From: a virus
Virus record (IMG/VR): IMGVR_UViG_3300044632_000653
Length of the DNA: 64,000 nt
Direction: 5' to 3' (one strand)
The position numbers and the translations under genes were made by a program. This document shows positions 49,648-57,885 of the stretch, piece by piece. Numbering within the stretch: the stretch's first letter is position 1; each line of letters begins with the position of its first letter. The notes beneath the pieces were generated by a model that was given only the letters and a program-made list of their open reading frames with translations, had not been told where the DNA came from and did not search any database.

Positions 49648-49932
49648 CTAGTCCCGCATTATCGATTGCCAATCGGAGAAGTCCTCTGCGCTCATCCTGA
49701 CGAACCGCTCACGCAGGGTCTCGTATTCCTCACGCCAAGTGATTCCGTGCTGTCCCCCGCTTGGCGGGTAGGCGAACACAAGCCCTTGCAACATGTGGAT
49801 CTCGTCCCGTGCTTGCATGATCAGCACGGGCAGAGATTCGCTTGTGAACTCATGGAGGCGAGCCCTCTCCCTAGACACCTCCTCCAATGCGACGGTCAGC
49901 CTGTCCACGATGTCGATATCGGGTGTGTTCAT
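49648..49932 (-). CDS. Hypothetical protein
   Basis: DIVDRL...ARDEI..L motif typical of small phage proteins; follows gmd. Confidence 0.6.
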   Translation of the reverse strand: MNTPDIDIVDRLTVALEEVSRERARLHEFTSESLPVLIMQARDEIHMLQGLVFAYPPSGGQHGITWREEYETLRERFVRMSAEDFSDWQSIMRD

Positions 49933-49939
49933 GGGATGC

Positions 49940-50986
49940 TCAGTAGATGATGCCGCCTGTACTGACCATGCAATTATCGGACACAAACATCGCCTGTGCA
50001 AGAGTCTTCATGTTGTACGAAGGTTGCCATCCGAGGATGAGACGGGCTCGGGTCGAGTCGCCGAGGAGATATGGCACCTCGTTCGGACGGAACAGCCTCG
50101 GGTCGATGATGACATACTTTTCCCATGAGCCGAGATCCGCAGCGGAGAACACCTCGTCAAGGAACTCACGGACGGTGTATGTCTCTCCCGTAGCGATCAC
50201 ATAGTCGCTCGGAATGTCCTGTTGGAGCATGAGCCACATGGCATGCACATAGTCCGCTGCATGTCCCCAATCACGCTTTGCGTCGAGGTTGCCAAGACGG
50301 AGGTTCCTCTGAAGCCCGTGCTTGATCCTCGCAGCCGCCATCGTGATCTTGCGGGTGACGAAGGTCTCCCCACGGCGTGGACTCTCATGGTTGAACAGGA
50401 TGCCGCATGAGGCATGGATTCCATAAGCCTTGCGGTATGTCTGCACCATCTGATGGGCATACACCTTGGCGACGGCATACGGCGAGACGGGTTGCAGCGG
50501 GGACTGTTCGTTGAATCCCATCGGGCTCGTCGGGACCGAGTCGCCGAACATCTCCGAGGATGACGCTTGATACAGCCTCGTCTGCGGGGAGATCGTCCTG
50601 ATGGCGTTGAGGATGTTCAGGGTGCCGTTGCAGATGCCGTCCGAGGTGTACTCGGGGAGTTCAAACGAGACTGCGACATGGCTCTGTGCGGCGAGGTTGT
50701 AGACCTCGTCAACCTCGTACTCCATGAGGATGTTGGAGATGCAGGATCCGTCGTGCAGGTCGTAGTACTTGAGGATGAACCTCGGATCGTTCGTGAGGTG
50801 ATCGATCCTTCCCGTCGAGATGGTGGATGTCCTCCGCTTCAAGCCGATGACGGTGTAGCCCTTGCGGAGGAGGAGTTCGCTGAGGTACGAGCCGTCCTGA
50901 CCGTTCACGCCCGTGATGACGGCGGTCTTTCCGTTCGGGACGGGATCGGCGTTACTTGCGGATGGAGTCGTAGTTGCTTCTGACAT
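49940..50986 (-). CDS. gmd: GDP-mannose 4,6-dehydratase
   Basis: ITGVNGQDGSYLSELLL.KGY, YNLAAQSHVAVSF, YQASSSEMFG, P.SPYAVAK, GILFNHESPRRGETFVTRKIT, LGNLDAKRDWGHA.DYV. Confidence 0.98.
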   Translation of the reverse strand: MSEATTTPSASNADPVPNGKTAVITGVNGQDGSYLSELLLRKGYTVIGLKRRTSTISTGRIDHLTNDPRFILKYYDLHDGSCISNILMEYEVDEVYNLAAQSHVAVSFELPEYTSDGICNGTLNILNAIRTISPQTRLYQASSSEMFGDSVPTSPMGFNEQSPLQPVSPYAVAKVYAHQMVQTYRKAYGIHASCGILFNHESPRRGETFVTRKITMAAARIKHGLQRNLRLGNLDAKRDWGHAADYVHAMWLMLQQDIPSDYVIATGETYTVREFLDEVFSAADLGSWEKYVIIDPRLFRPNEVPYLLGDSTRARLILGWQPSYNMKTLAQAMFVSDNCMVSTGGIIY

Positions 50987-51872
50987 GGTCGCAGGTTTCC
51001 TTGATGGCTGTCTTGATGTCGGTGAAATTGAAGTCGGGGTACGCCGCTCGGAACCTTGAGTTGTCCGTGGGCTTTCGGTATATGCCTTCGGGCATGTCCG
51101 TTTGGAAGACGATCTCGCCGTCGAATTCCATGGCTTCGGCGATCATCCAAACGATGTCCTTGATCCTGTACTCCTGAGACGGAGATACGATCATCTCTGT
51201 CGGCACGGACTCACGGTTGTCGGAGTGGATCGTGGTCAGGGCTCTTGCGATGTCGGGTGCGTACACGAATTCACGCAACGCATCTCCCGAACCCCACACG
51301 GCAAAGGGCGTTCTTTCCCTCTTGGCGAGGTAGCACTTGTGGATGAGGCTCGGGATGACATGCCCGTGCATGCAGTTGTAGTTGTCGTTCTTGCCGAAGA
51401 CATTGCAGGGGATCACGCATCGGACCTGCATGCTGCGGTCCTTGCGGAGGCATCGGGCACCGACCTCAAGCATCCTCTTGGCATAGGCATAGCCGAAGTT
51501 GGTGTGGTGCGGTTCGCCGAGGTGGAGGCTGTCCTCCGTGAGCGGATACTGAACCTGCGTGGGGAAGACGCAGGTCGAGAGTACGAATGTTGCGGAGTTC
51601 AGCAAAAACTCCCCGCAGACACGCATCACATTGGCGTTGATGGAGAGGTTGTTGCTGAAGAACTCAAAGGAGTGGCGGTCGTTCGCACGGACACCTCCGA
51701 CCGTGGCGGCAAGGTGGATGACCTCGCTGATCTCGTTGTCGGCGACGAACTCACGCAGTTGCCTGTAGTCGAGGAGATTGAGTTCCCTTGATGTGGGGGC
51801 GAGTGCGTATCCCGAAGGAATCTCGCTGCCGATCAGCCCGTGACCTCCCGTGATGAGGACATGCCTGTTCAT
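50952..51872 (-). CDS. fcl: GDP-L-fucose synthase (GDP-4-keto-6-deoxymannose epimerase/reductase)
   Basis: TGGHGLIGS, HLAA.VGG..AN, STCVFP, N.GYAYAKR, P.N.FG..DN......HVIP.LI.K, WGSG...REF.Y. Confidence 0.95.
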   Translation of the reverse strand: MNRHVLITGGHGLIGSEIPSGYALAPTSRELNLLDYRQLREFVADNEISEVIHLAATVGGVRANDRHSFEFFSNNLSINANVMRVCGEFLLNSATFVLSTCVFPTQVQYPLTEDSLHLGEPHHTNFGYAYAKRMLEVGARCLRKDRSMQVRCVIPCNVFGKNDNYNCMHGHVIPSLIHKCYLAKRERTPFAVWGSGDALREFVYAPDIARALTTIHSDNRESVPTEMIVSPSQEYRIKDIVWMIAEAMEFDGEIVFQTDMPEGIYRKPTDNSRFRAAYPDFNFTDIKTAIKETCDHVRSNYDSIRK

Positions 51873-52444
51873 GGGTTCTCCTCTTCCTTACGGGCATCCA
51901 TGATCCTCCGCTTGAGGTCGGAGATGCGGACATGCACCGAGTTCACGGCGATACCCGCAACCTTGGAGATCTCCTCGGTGGACTTTCCCTCGCACTTCAT
52001 CTTGAGCATGGTGATGTCAACGGGGCGCAGGTTGTGCTTCTGACGGAGCGACTCCCAATCCTCATGGGACACGACAAGGGGTTCCTCATGGGTGTCAACG
52101 AAGATGACATCCTCCATCTTCTGAGACTTGTGGGCGTTGTCGGCAGAGTCGAGGCAGGAGATGGGAAGCATGCGGTCCTGCTTGTAGTACTTCTTGGCGT
52201 AGAAGGTCTTCTGCTGCAAGATCGCCTTGCGCCGCATGAACTTGGGGTCCGAGCGGTTGCGCCAAATGACAAGAGCCGCTTCCTGTAGGAAGTCATCGAA
52301 TCCCATCATGCCAAGGATCCTGTCTCCGTAACGCTTGCGGAGCCAATGCTTGGTCAACTGAAGGTTCTTGAGGAACTCCCTCAAGTATCCCTCTTCAGAG
52401 AGATTTTCCTTGTCGCCGTCCTTGCCGTTGTCGCCACCATCCAT
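51869..52444 (-). CDS. Sigma-70-like (ECF/FliA-sized) protein with region-4 HTH
   Basis: DDFLQEAAL.IW (region 2-like); EGKSTEEISKVAGIAVNSVHVRISDLKRRI (region 4). Confidence 0.65.
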   Translation of the reverse strand: MDGGDNGKDGDKENLSEEGYLREFLKNLQLTKHWLRKRYGDRILGMMGFDDFLQEAALVIWRNRSDPKFMRRKAILQQKTFYAKKYYKQDRMLPISCLDSADNAHKSQKMEDVIFVDTHEEPLVVSHEDWESLRQKHNLRPVDITMLKMKCEGKSTEEISKVAGIAVNSVHVRISDLKRRIMDARKEEENP

Positions 52445-52456
52445 GGAACCCCCTTT

Positions 52457-52936
52457 TCACTCCGATTTTGCCTTGCCGATCAACACCCTTTGCCTGTCCA
52501 ACTTGTTGAGGAAGATGCGCCGAAGTTCAGCGTTCACCTTGACCGTGTTCGGATCCCCGAGCGACACCGTGCCCTTCAAGAGGCACTCCTCTGCTGCGGA
52601 GAGCGTCTCCTGCATGATGTCGATCCTCGTCCTGAGTTCCAACACTTTCTCCTGCAACTCAGCCACGCCCTGTGGGAGATACACCTTCTCCAAGGAAACC
52701 GTGTCGGGTTGCCTGATAGGCATGTTCCTGCTCTCTGCGAACTTGACGAGATCGGAGACAAGAACTCTGCGGTCCTTGTTGATGAGCCATGACGGAATAC
52801 ATCCCTTGTCAATCCACTTTGTGACGGTTCTCGGAGATACCCCGAGCATGGAAGCCGCCTGTCCCGTTGTGGCTTGATGATTTCCACCGTTTGCGCCGAT
52901 AGACCTTGTCTTGCGATTACGACTCATTCTGCTCAC
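52457..52936 (-). CDS. MerR/excisionase-type HTH regulator with coiled coil
   Basis: TTGQAASMLGVSPRTVTKWIDKG.I.......DRRV...DL.KF....NMP. Confidence 0.8.
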   Translation of the reverse strand: MSRMSRNRKTRSIGANGGNHQATTGQAASMLGVSPRTVTKWIDKGCIPSWLINKDRRVLVSDLVKFAESRNMPIRQPDTVSLEKVYLPQGVAELQEKVLELRTRIDIMQETLSAAEECLLKGTVSLGDPNTVKVNAELRRIFLNKLDRQRVLIGKAKSE

Positions 52937-53129
52937 TCCCTCCCTGTTCGTTGTCGCTTTGCTTCATCTTGAGAAAGGTTCGGCTTCCGATGTACACGAT
53001 GGAAAGTGCGGTGCCGCACACGATCAGCCACTTGGCGATCTCCTTGTCTCCCTTCATGCCTTCGATCAGACCGATCAGAACGGGTGCGATTGACACCCAA
53101 AACTCTGTGGTCTTCGTTCCCGACTTCAT
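52917..53129 (-). CDS. Small two-TM holin-like membrane protein
   Basis: MKSG.KTTEFW N-terminus; two hydrophobic helices ending YI.SR; ATGA coupling. Confidence 0.6.
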   Translation of the reverse strand: MKSGTKTTEFWVSIAPVLIGLIEGMKGDKEIAKWLIVCGTALSIVYIGSRTFLKMKQSDNEQGGSEQNES

Positions 53130-53857
53130 CGGCTTTCTCCCGAAGATTCGTTCACCGATGGCACCGATGGGGTGGTGTATGCCCCGAGGACGAGTGATTG
53201 GTCTTTTGCGTCCGTGGTCCCGTCTCCGTTCACATCTCCCTTGCCGCTTCCCCAACCACCAAGAACGAGAGCAAGGTCTGCGGCATCCACCTTGTTGTCG
53301 AGGTTGAGGTCCTCGGCACGGAACAGGTCCATCTCAAAGACCATGCTCTCGCCGCAAGGCACGGACACCACGATGCTGTGCTTGAGGAATGGCGTGGAGA
53401 GGCTGCGCTCATCCTTCACCCAAAGGTGCAGGGACTCCTGCGTGGTTTCCTTGAGCATGATCGGAGGCAGCGTGTCGAAGGCGAGTCGATTGCAGGGGGT
53501 CACGCTGTTCCATGCGATGGACGATTCGTGATCCTTGATTTGGATGTACGACTGCTGCGGGTAGCGGAGACGAATCCGCCAAGACTTGTTCATGTCAACC
53601 TGCTGCGTGTTCATGTCAACGAAGAAGCCCTCGGAGACATCGGAGTCGTTTCGGAGTTCGATCTTCCATCCGAGGGATCCGATGTCCCTCTTCGACACAT
53701 TGATGGAGAGTTTGTCGTTGGCGACGATCATCTGCGGGGTCTCCGAGATGACGGTCGTGTAGTCCCTGATCGTGTTGTCAGGATTCCCAAGAGTCGCAGG
53801 ATCCAACGGATTGAGTCGGAATGCTGCCATCAAGACATAGGTTGCGGTTGCTGACAT
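53126..53857 (-). CDS. Protein with C-terminal dockerin-like (paired EF-hand) domain
   Basis: DLNLDNKVDAADLALVLGGWG and GDVNGDGTTDAKDQSLVLGAY. Confidence 0.8.
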   Translation of the reverse strand: MSATATYVLMAAFRLNPLDPATLGNPDNTIRDYTTVISETPQMIVANDKLSINVSKRDIGSLGWKIELRNDSDVSEGFFVDMNTQQVDMNKSWRIRLRYPQQSYIQIKDHESSIAWNSVTPCNRLAFDTLPPIMLKETTQESLHLWVKDERSLSTPFLKHSIVVSVPCGESMVFEMDLFRAEDLNLDNKVDAADLALVLGGWGSGKGDVNGDGTTDAKDQSLVLGAYTTPSVPSVNESSGESR

Positions 53858-53891
53858 ATCGGATGTACTTTCTTGGTTATGGGTCTGCGGG

Positions 53892-53919
53892 ATGATAGCG
53901 GACGCAAAAAGGCTGTCAA
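53892..53919 (-). promoter_or_regulatory. Sigma70-type promoter TTGACA-N16-TATCAT for the dockerin-to-gmd operon
   Basis: Near-consensus hexamers. Confidence 0.6.
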
Positions 53920-54015
53920 GGGACAGTCCTAGAAGTTTTCACCCCAAACTGACCTCGTCAGAAGGCTAGTTTTTCCAAAATGTGTCCGTTTTGGACGGCT
54001 AGTTCCGCAGGGGCA

Positions 54016-54048
54016 CAAAAGAAACAGTCCCCTGCGTGAGGGGACTGT
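54016..54048 (-). terminator. Intrinsic terminator
   Basis: ACAGTCCCCT-CACGC-AGGGGACTGT followed by TTCTTTT on the minus strand. Confidence 0.75.
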
Positions 54049-54071
54049 CGGCGTTCGCTACAGAGGTTTTA
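54045..54071 (-). promoter_or_regulatory. Sigma28-like promoter TAAA-N15-GCCGACAG overlapping the terminator stem
   Basis: Shares CCGACTAAA with the 49586-49612 copy. Confidence 0.5.
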
Positions 54072-54126
54072 GTCGGCGTGATCCGTTTTTTCGGACTCGC
54101 TCACCGATGGGGTTTTCCCCCGAGGG

Positions 54127-54543
54127 TTAGTAGCGATGCTCTGCGTGATGCTCAAGGATCGTGTCATCGAAGGAGTCGGTGGGAAAGTGGGCGGTCGCAT
54201 GCGCAACCATCAACTCCCACACCTCGCTCGGCAGAGGCTCCACCTCGGAGGACGAATCCTCAAGGCTGAACCACTCACCGTTCTCCATCTCCACCATGAT
54301 GTCTGTGTCGGCGATGGAGACCTCGGCATCGGAAACCTCGGTTTCCTCCCGATAGGTGTTCGCCGCATCGGGATAGTTCCATCCGACACGCTCGACCTCG
54401 TATTCGATGCTGAAGCCTGTGACGATCAGTTTCACCTGCTTCCCGTCTGCGAGGATGGAGGGTACGGGTCCCGTCCATTCCTTGCCGAGGGAGAACGGTT
54501 CCTTGATCACGATTTCGGTTCCCTCTCGTTCGATGTTTCCCAT
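54127..54543 (-). CDS. Acidic hypothetical protein
   Basis: SD AAGGA; strongly Glu/Asp-rich. Confidence 0.65.
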   Translation of the reverse strand: MGNIEREGTEIVIKEPFSLGKEWTGPVPSILADGKQVKLIVTGFSIEYEVERVGWNYPDAANTYREETEVSDAEVSIADTDIMVEMENGEWFSLEDSSSEVEPLPSEVWELMVAHATAHFPTDSFDDTILEHHAEHRY

Positions 54544-54554
54544 GGTGAGTCCTT

Positions 54555-54809
54555 TCAGTCCTTGGGCAGGAGGTGTGCGTAGACCTCTTCGCCTCTCTCC
54601 GTGAGGGCGTAGAGAGGAGTGCCGTCCTCATCGAACACGGGCACTTCGATGAGTTTTCCCTCGCACTCGCTCGGGAGGGATGCCATCTCCTCGACTGCGG
54701 CAGCGAGAAGTGCCATGGCTAGGCGAGGATTCGTGGTCATCAGGTAGTGACAGAACTCGCCCATGTTCAGCGTGGCGGGAGGGTCTCTGTACTGCGTCAT
54801 CTTCGTCAT
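54555..54809 (-). CDS. Hypothetical early protein
   Basis: SD GAGGAG; promoter TTGACT-N17-TATCTT at 54832-54860. Confidence 0.65.
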   Translation of the reverse strand: MTKMTQYRDPPATLNMGEFCHYLMTTNPRLAMALLAAAVEEMASLPSECEGKLIEVPVFDEDGTPLYALTERGEEVYAHLLPKD

Positions 54810-54871
54810 AGTGTGATCTCCTCTCACACAAAAGATAGCATACTTTCGTGATGGAGTCAACGGTATTACCG

Positions 54872-56092
54872 TCACAAGATGCAGTTGGCGAAGATGCTCG
54901 GCTTGGATTCAAAATTCACGGGAGTGGGGATGCTCAAGTTCTTGAGCCGAAGGTTGGTCTCAAAGGTCACCGACCTAGCCGAGTGGGCGAAGTCGCAGAG
55001 GATCTCATATCCAACCTGTGAACCCGTACCCGTGCGCCGTGAAGCCTTGGTCGCCGAATGGACCTTGACGATGTGACCGATATGCTCGTCATCATTTTCG
55101 CCGTTCGGATGCACGATGTAGCGCAGGTCAGCCATGCTGCCCCCACGCAGACCGAACTGCGGTGCCGCCTTCGGGTCGAAGGTAATAGCCTTGCTGAGGC
55201 TGGTAACCTTGATTCCGTCGCCGTCCTTCGGCACGGGTCCGTGCATCTGCCTTGTGCCTGAATTGATGAACATCCTGCGATTCGCTTGCACGATGCTTGT
55301 GTTGTTGCCGCCGCCTCGCTTGAAACGGGCTTCAGCCATTCCACCTGCGTCAGCCGTGACCTTGTCGATCCTCGGTGCAGCCAAGAGCGTCGGGGTCGGC
55401 ATGAACCAAGACTCAGGGAACGACGCACCGCCTACGAGAAGCGTTCCCATACCCTTGATCACAAGCATATGAGATCCGTGCATCGTGGAGTTCAGGGTGC
55501 GCCAGTACGCATCCGACTCGACGGGGAATTGCCACCTGATCGACTTATCGTCGTATGACTCGGCTTGGATCTCATTCGCCACCAACCGCAGGACGATCTT
55601 CCATATCTCGGGCACCGTGGTGAACGGGATCTTGTTGGTCATCAGTTCGGGAATGTACTGTGCATGCCGAGCGATGACCTTGTGGACACGGTTCATCACG
55701 GTCGGGGTGCCGAGGATTTCCTGTAGCGTGGCGCAGAAGACGGGATCTGTACCGCAGATGGGGACAGCCTTCTTCGACTGCGGACTGACGATCCACTCGG
55801 ACCCGTTGTAGTTCCAAGTCAGCGCACCGCCTTGCGACACGCCGTTCTTACATTCGATGTGCAGGGGTTGGTTCGGGTAGTCGGCATGGACCACCCTGAT
55901 GTCTGCCGAGGTGGACCCACCGATTGCTGAGGTAAAGGTGATCTTGTCACGCTTGTTCGGGGGTAGGCTCGACTGTAGGAGAGCCATCAAGTTCCGTTGG
56001 AACTCATGTCCCTTGGTGTCGATGTTCTTTTTCTTCCCCTCGGTCAGGTCTTGCAGGTCCTGTTCGTGGAGATGTGACAAAAAATCCTTCAT
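54872..56092 (-). CDS. PD-(D/E)xK endonuclease-like protein with capsid-targeting-like N-terminus
   Basis: MKDFLSHLHEQ..DLTE leader; GHEFQ...ADI...HIECK catalytic pattern; TACATA 5 nt upstream of ATG. Confidence 0.65.
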   Translation of the reverse strand: MKDFLSHLHEQDLQDLTEGKKKNIDTKGHEFQRNLMALLQSSLPPNKRDKITFTSAIGGSTSADIRVVHADYPNQPLHIECKNGVSQGGALTWNYNGSEWIVSPQSKKAVPICGTDPVFCATLQEILGTPTVMNRVHKVIARHAQYIPELMTNKIPFTTVPEIWKIVLRLVANEIQAESYDDKSIRWQFPVESDAYWRTLNSTMHGSHMLVIKGMGTLLVGGASFPESWFMPTPTLLAAPRIDKVTADAGGMAEARFKRGGGNNTSIVQANRRMFINSGTRQMHGPVPKDGDGIKVTSLSKAITFDPKAAPQFGLRGGSMADLRYIVHPNGENDDEHIGHIVKVHSATKASRRTGTGSQVGYEILCDFAHSARSVTFETNLRLKNLSIPTPVNFESKPSIFANCIL

Positions 56093-56106
56093 GCAGGTAT
56101 GTATCG

Positions 56107-56418
56107 CTACATTTCGACACGCCTGTATCCGCAAGCCCACAGAAGATTGGCAATTTCAGTCGCAGAGCGGTTCACCATCTCCTCGGTTTCGTCGGGATAG
56201 ATCGCATGCAGGGCTTCATGGATGATCAGGTCCATGCGGTTCTTCCCCTCGACAGCCCTCCGCACTCTGATGGTCGGCTGCGGGTCCTCGGGATGACCGC
56301 AGTCTCCCCACCTGTCGGAAGGGATCTCACGGCTGCGCACGAACTTGATGTGCCACTCCTTCCCACCGAGTTTGGTGGTGAGGGCATTGGGGTCCTGCTT
56401 TTGCTTTCTTTTCGCCAC
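56107..56418 (-). CDS. Minimal HExxH zinc metallopeptidase-like protein
   Basis: WGDC....TIRV, IIHEALHA, EE.V; TAAATA 5 nt upstream of GTG. Confidence 0.75.
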   Translation of the reverse strand: MAKRKQKQDPNALTTKLGGKEWHIKFVRSREIPSDRWGDCGHPEDPQPTIRVRRAVEGKNRMDLIIHEALHAIYPDETEEMVNRSATEIANLLWACGYRRVEM

Positions 56419-56476
56419 GGCGTTATTTAGTGAAAAACGATGGACCGATAAGTAGTATAAAGGGAGGGCAGAAACG

Positions 56477-57868
56477 ATGGGAACGACCTATGTCTGGGTT
56501 GGTGGACACACAGGATACACGGGAACGAACAGCGGATACTCCGCAACGGGTGGAGGTCCTACGGGAGCAAACCCGAGGTGGACCAATGTCATCACGGGAC
56601 AAACTTCGGATAGCGGGGACTTCTATTTTGGTCCTTACTTCTGGAGCAACACGAAGAACTGGCTGAGGGCAGTTCAAGCAACGGGATCGGGTGGAGCATA
56701 CAACTACTCCTCAACGACCGTTTTGCCCAAGGGTGGAGACTCCGTCATTTTCACGGGATCCTTGACGGGCGTGGGTTCGATTACGGGAGGCAGCGGCAAC
56801 ACCCTGAAGACCTACTCCGTTTCGTGCCTTTACGGTGGAATGACTGGTGACGGTTTCACCGCAAGTTCCGCAACGGGATGGGCAGGTGGATGGACCGCAG
56901 GTTCAGGCGCACATGGAACCATCAACTTCGTGGTTCAACAGTCGTTCAATCCGTACCTTTCGGGGTTTGACTTGGCGGAAATGCTCAATAAGTGGGGAAC
57001 CACTCTCCGTGTTGGTGAAATTGGAGTGGGAGCCACGGGCAACCTCGACAACTACAGTCCTTTGCGAATCAGGACTACCTCGTTCAATTTCACAGACGGA
57101 TCTCAAGTCGATGGTTACGGTGCGATGGTCGCCGTGAACAACATACACAACACGGGAACTCCATGGTTCACGATGGGTGGCGGCAGCAATCCGAATTCTT
57201 ACCGATATGGAAAGTCGATCATCTCGGGTAAGTGGACCGTCGTGCAGCAATCCTCGGGAACTCTGCTTGCAGACAACATCACGAATACGAATGACAACGG
57301 CTACTACAGCGTGAGCGGTTATCCCGTGCAGTTCGGAACTTCGTCTACTGTCTCCTTCAGGGACTTCAACATCAATGTGAAGGCATTGAGGGATGGTGGA
57401 TACATCTATGGCAACAGCGGCTCTCAAGCGAAGGTTGTGATTTCGGGATACAGCAATACAAATACTGCACCGATCACCCTCGGTGCGTTCAACGACGGTT
57501 CCAATCCCACCTTTGAATCGTTGTCGTTGTTTGCTGGTGGTTCTTCTGACACGGCAATCACCTATCCGACCGTCAAGTTGGCATCGTGCCAAATCGACAA
57601 CTTGACGATGAATGGCGGCAAGATCCTCGTCAGCGAAAACTCCACTCAGTTTGACTACTGCATCATTCGTGACGGATACGCAAAGGGCACTTCTGTGATC
57701 GACATGTCTCACCCGCAGATTGAGACTTGGCAGAACTTCATTATTTCCTACTCACCAGGAGACGAAGGTCTCCGTTTGGATGACTCGACGGTCTCGGTGA
57801 AGCCCTACCGAGGTGCCTCATTCAAGACGGGAACTCCCGAATCTCCCACGGGCGCATTCGGATACTGA
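56477..57868 (+). CDS. Late Gly/Ser/Thr-rich beta-solenoid virion or adhesin protein
   Basis: YVWVGG...WSNTKNW...LPKGGDSVIF motif of passenger-type surface proteins; TAAGTA element, strong SD, own terminator. Confidence 0.65.
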   Translation: MGTTYVWVGGHTGYTGTNSGYSATGGGPTGANPRWTNVITGQTSDSGDFYFGPYFWSNTKNWLRAVQATGSGGAYNYSSTTVLPKGGDSVIFTGSLTGVGSITGGSGNTLKTYSVSCLYGGMTGDGFTASSATGWAGGWTAGSGAHGTINFVVQQSFNPYLSGFDLAEMLNKWGTTLRVGEIGVGATGNLDNYSPLRIRTTSFNFTDGSQVDGYGAMVAVNNIHNTGTPWFTMGGGSNPNSYRYGKSIISGKWTVVQQSSGTLLADNITNTNDNGYYSVSGYPVQFGTSSTVSFRDFNINVKALRDGGYIYGNSGSQAKVVISGYSNTNTAPITLGAFNDGSNPTFESLSLFAGGSSDTAITYPTVKLASCQIDNLTMNGGKILVSENSTQFDYCIIRDGYAKGTSVIDMSHPQIETWQNFIISYSPGDEGLRLDDSTVSVKPYRGASFKTGTPESPTGAFGY

Positions 57869-57885
57869 CAGAACATCAACAAAAC

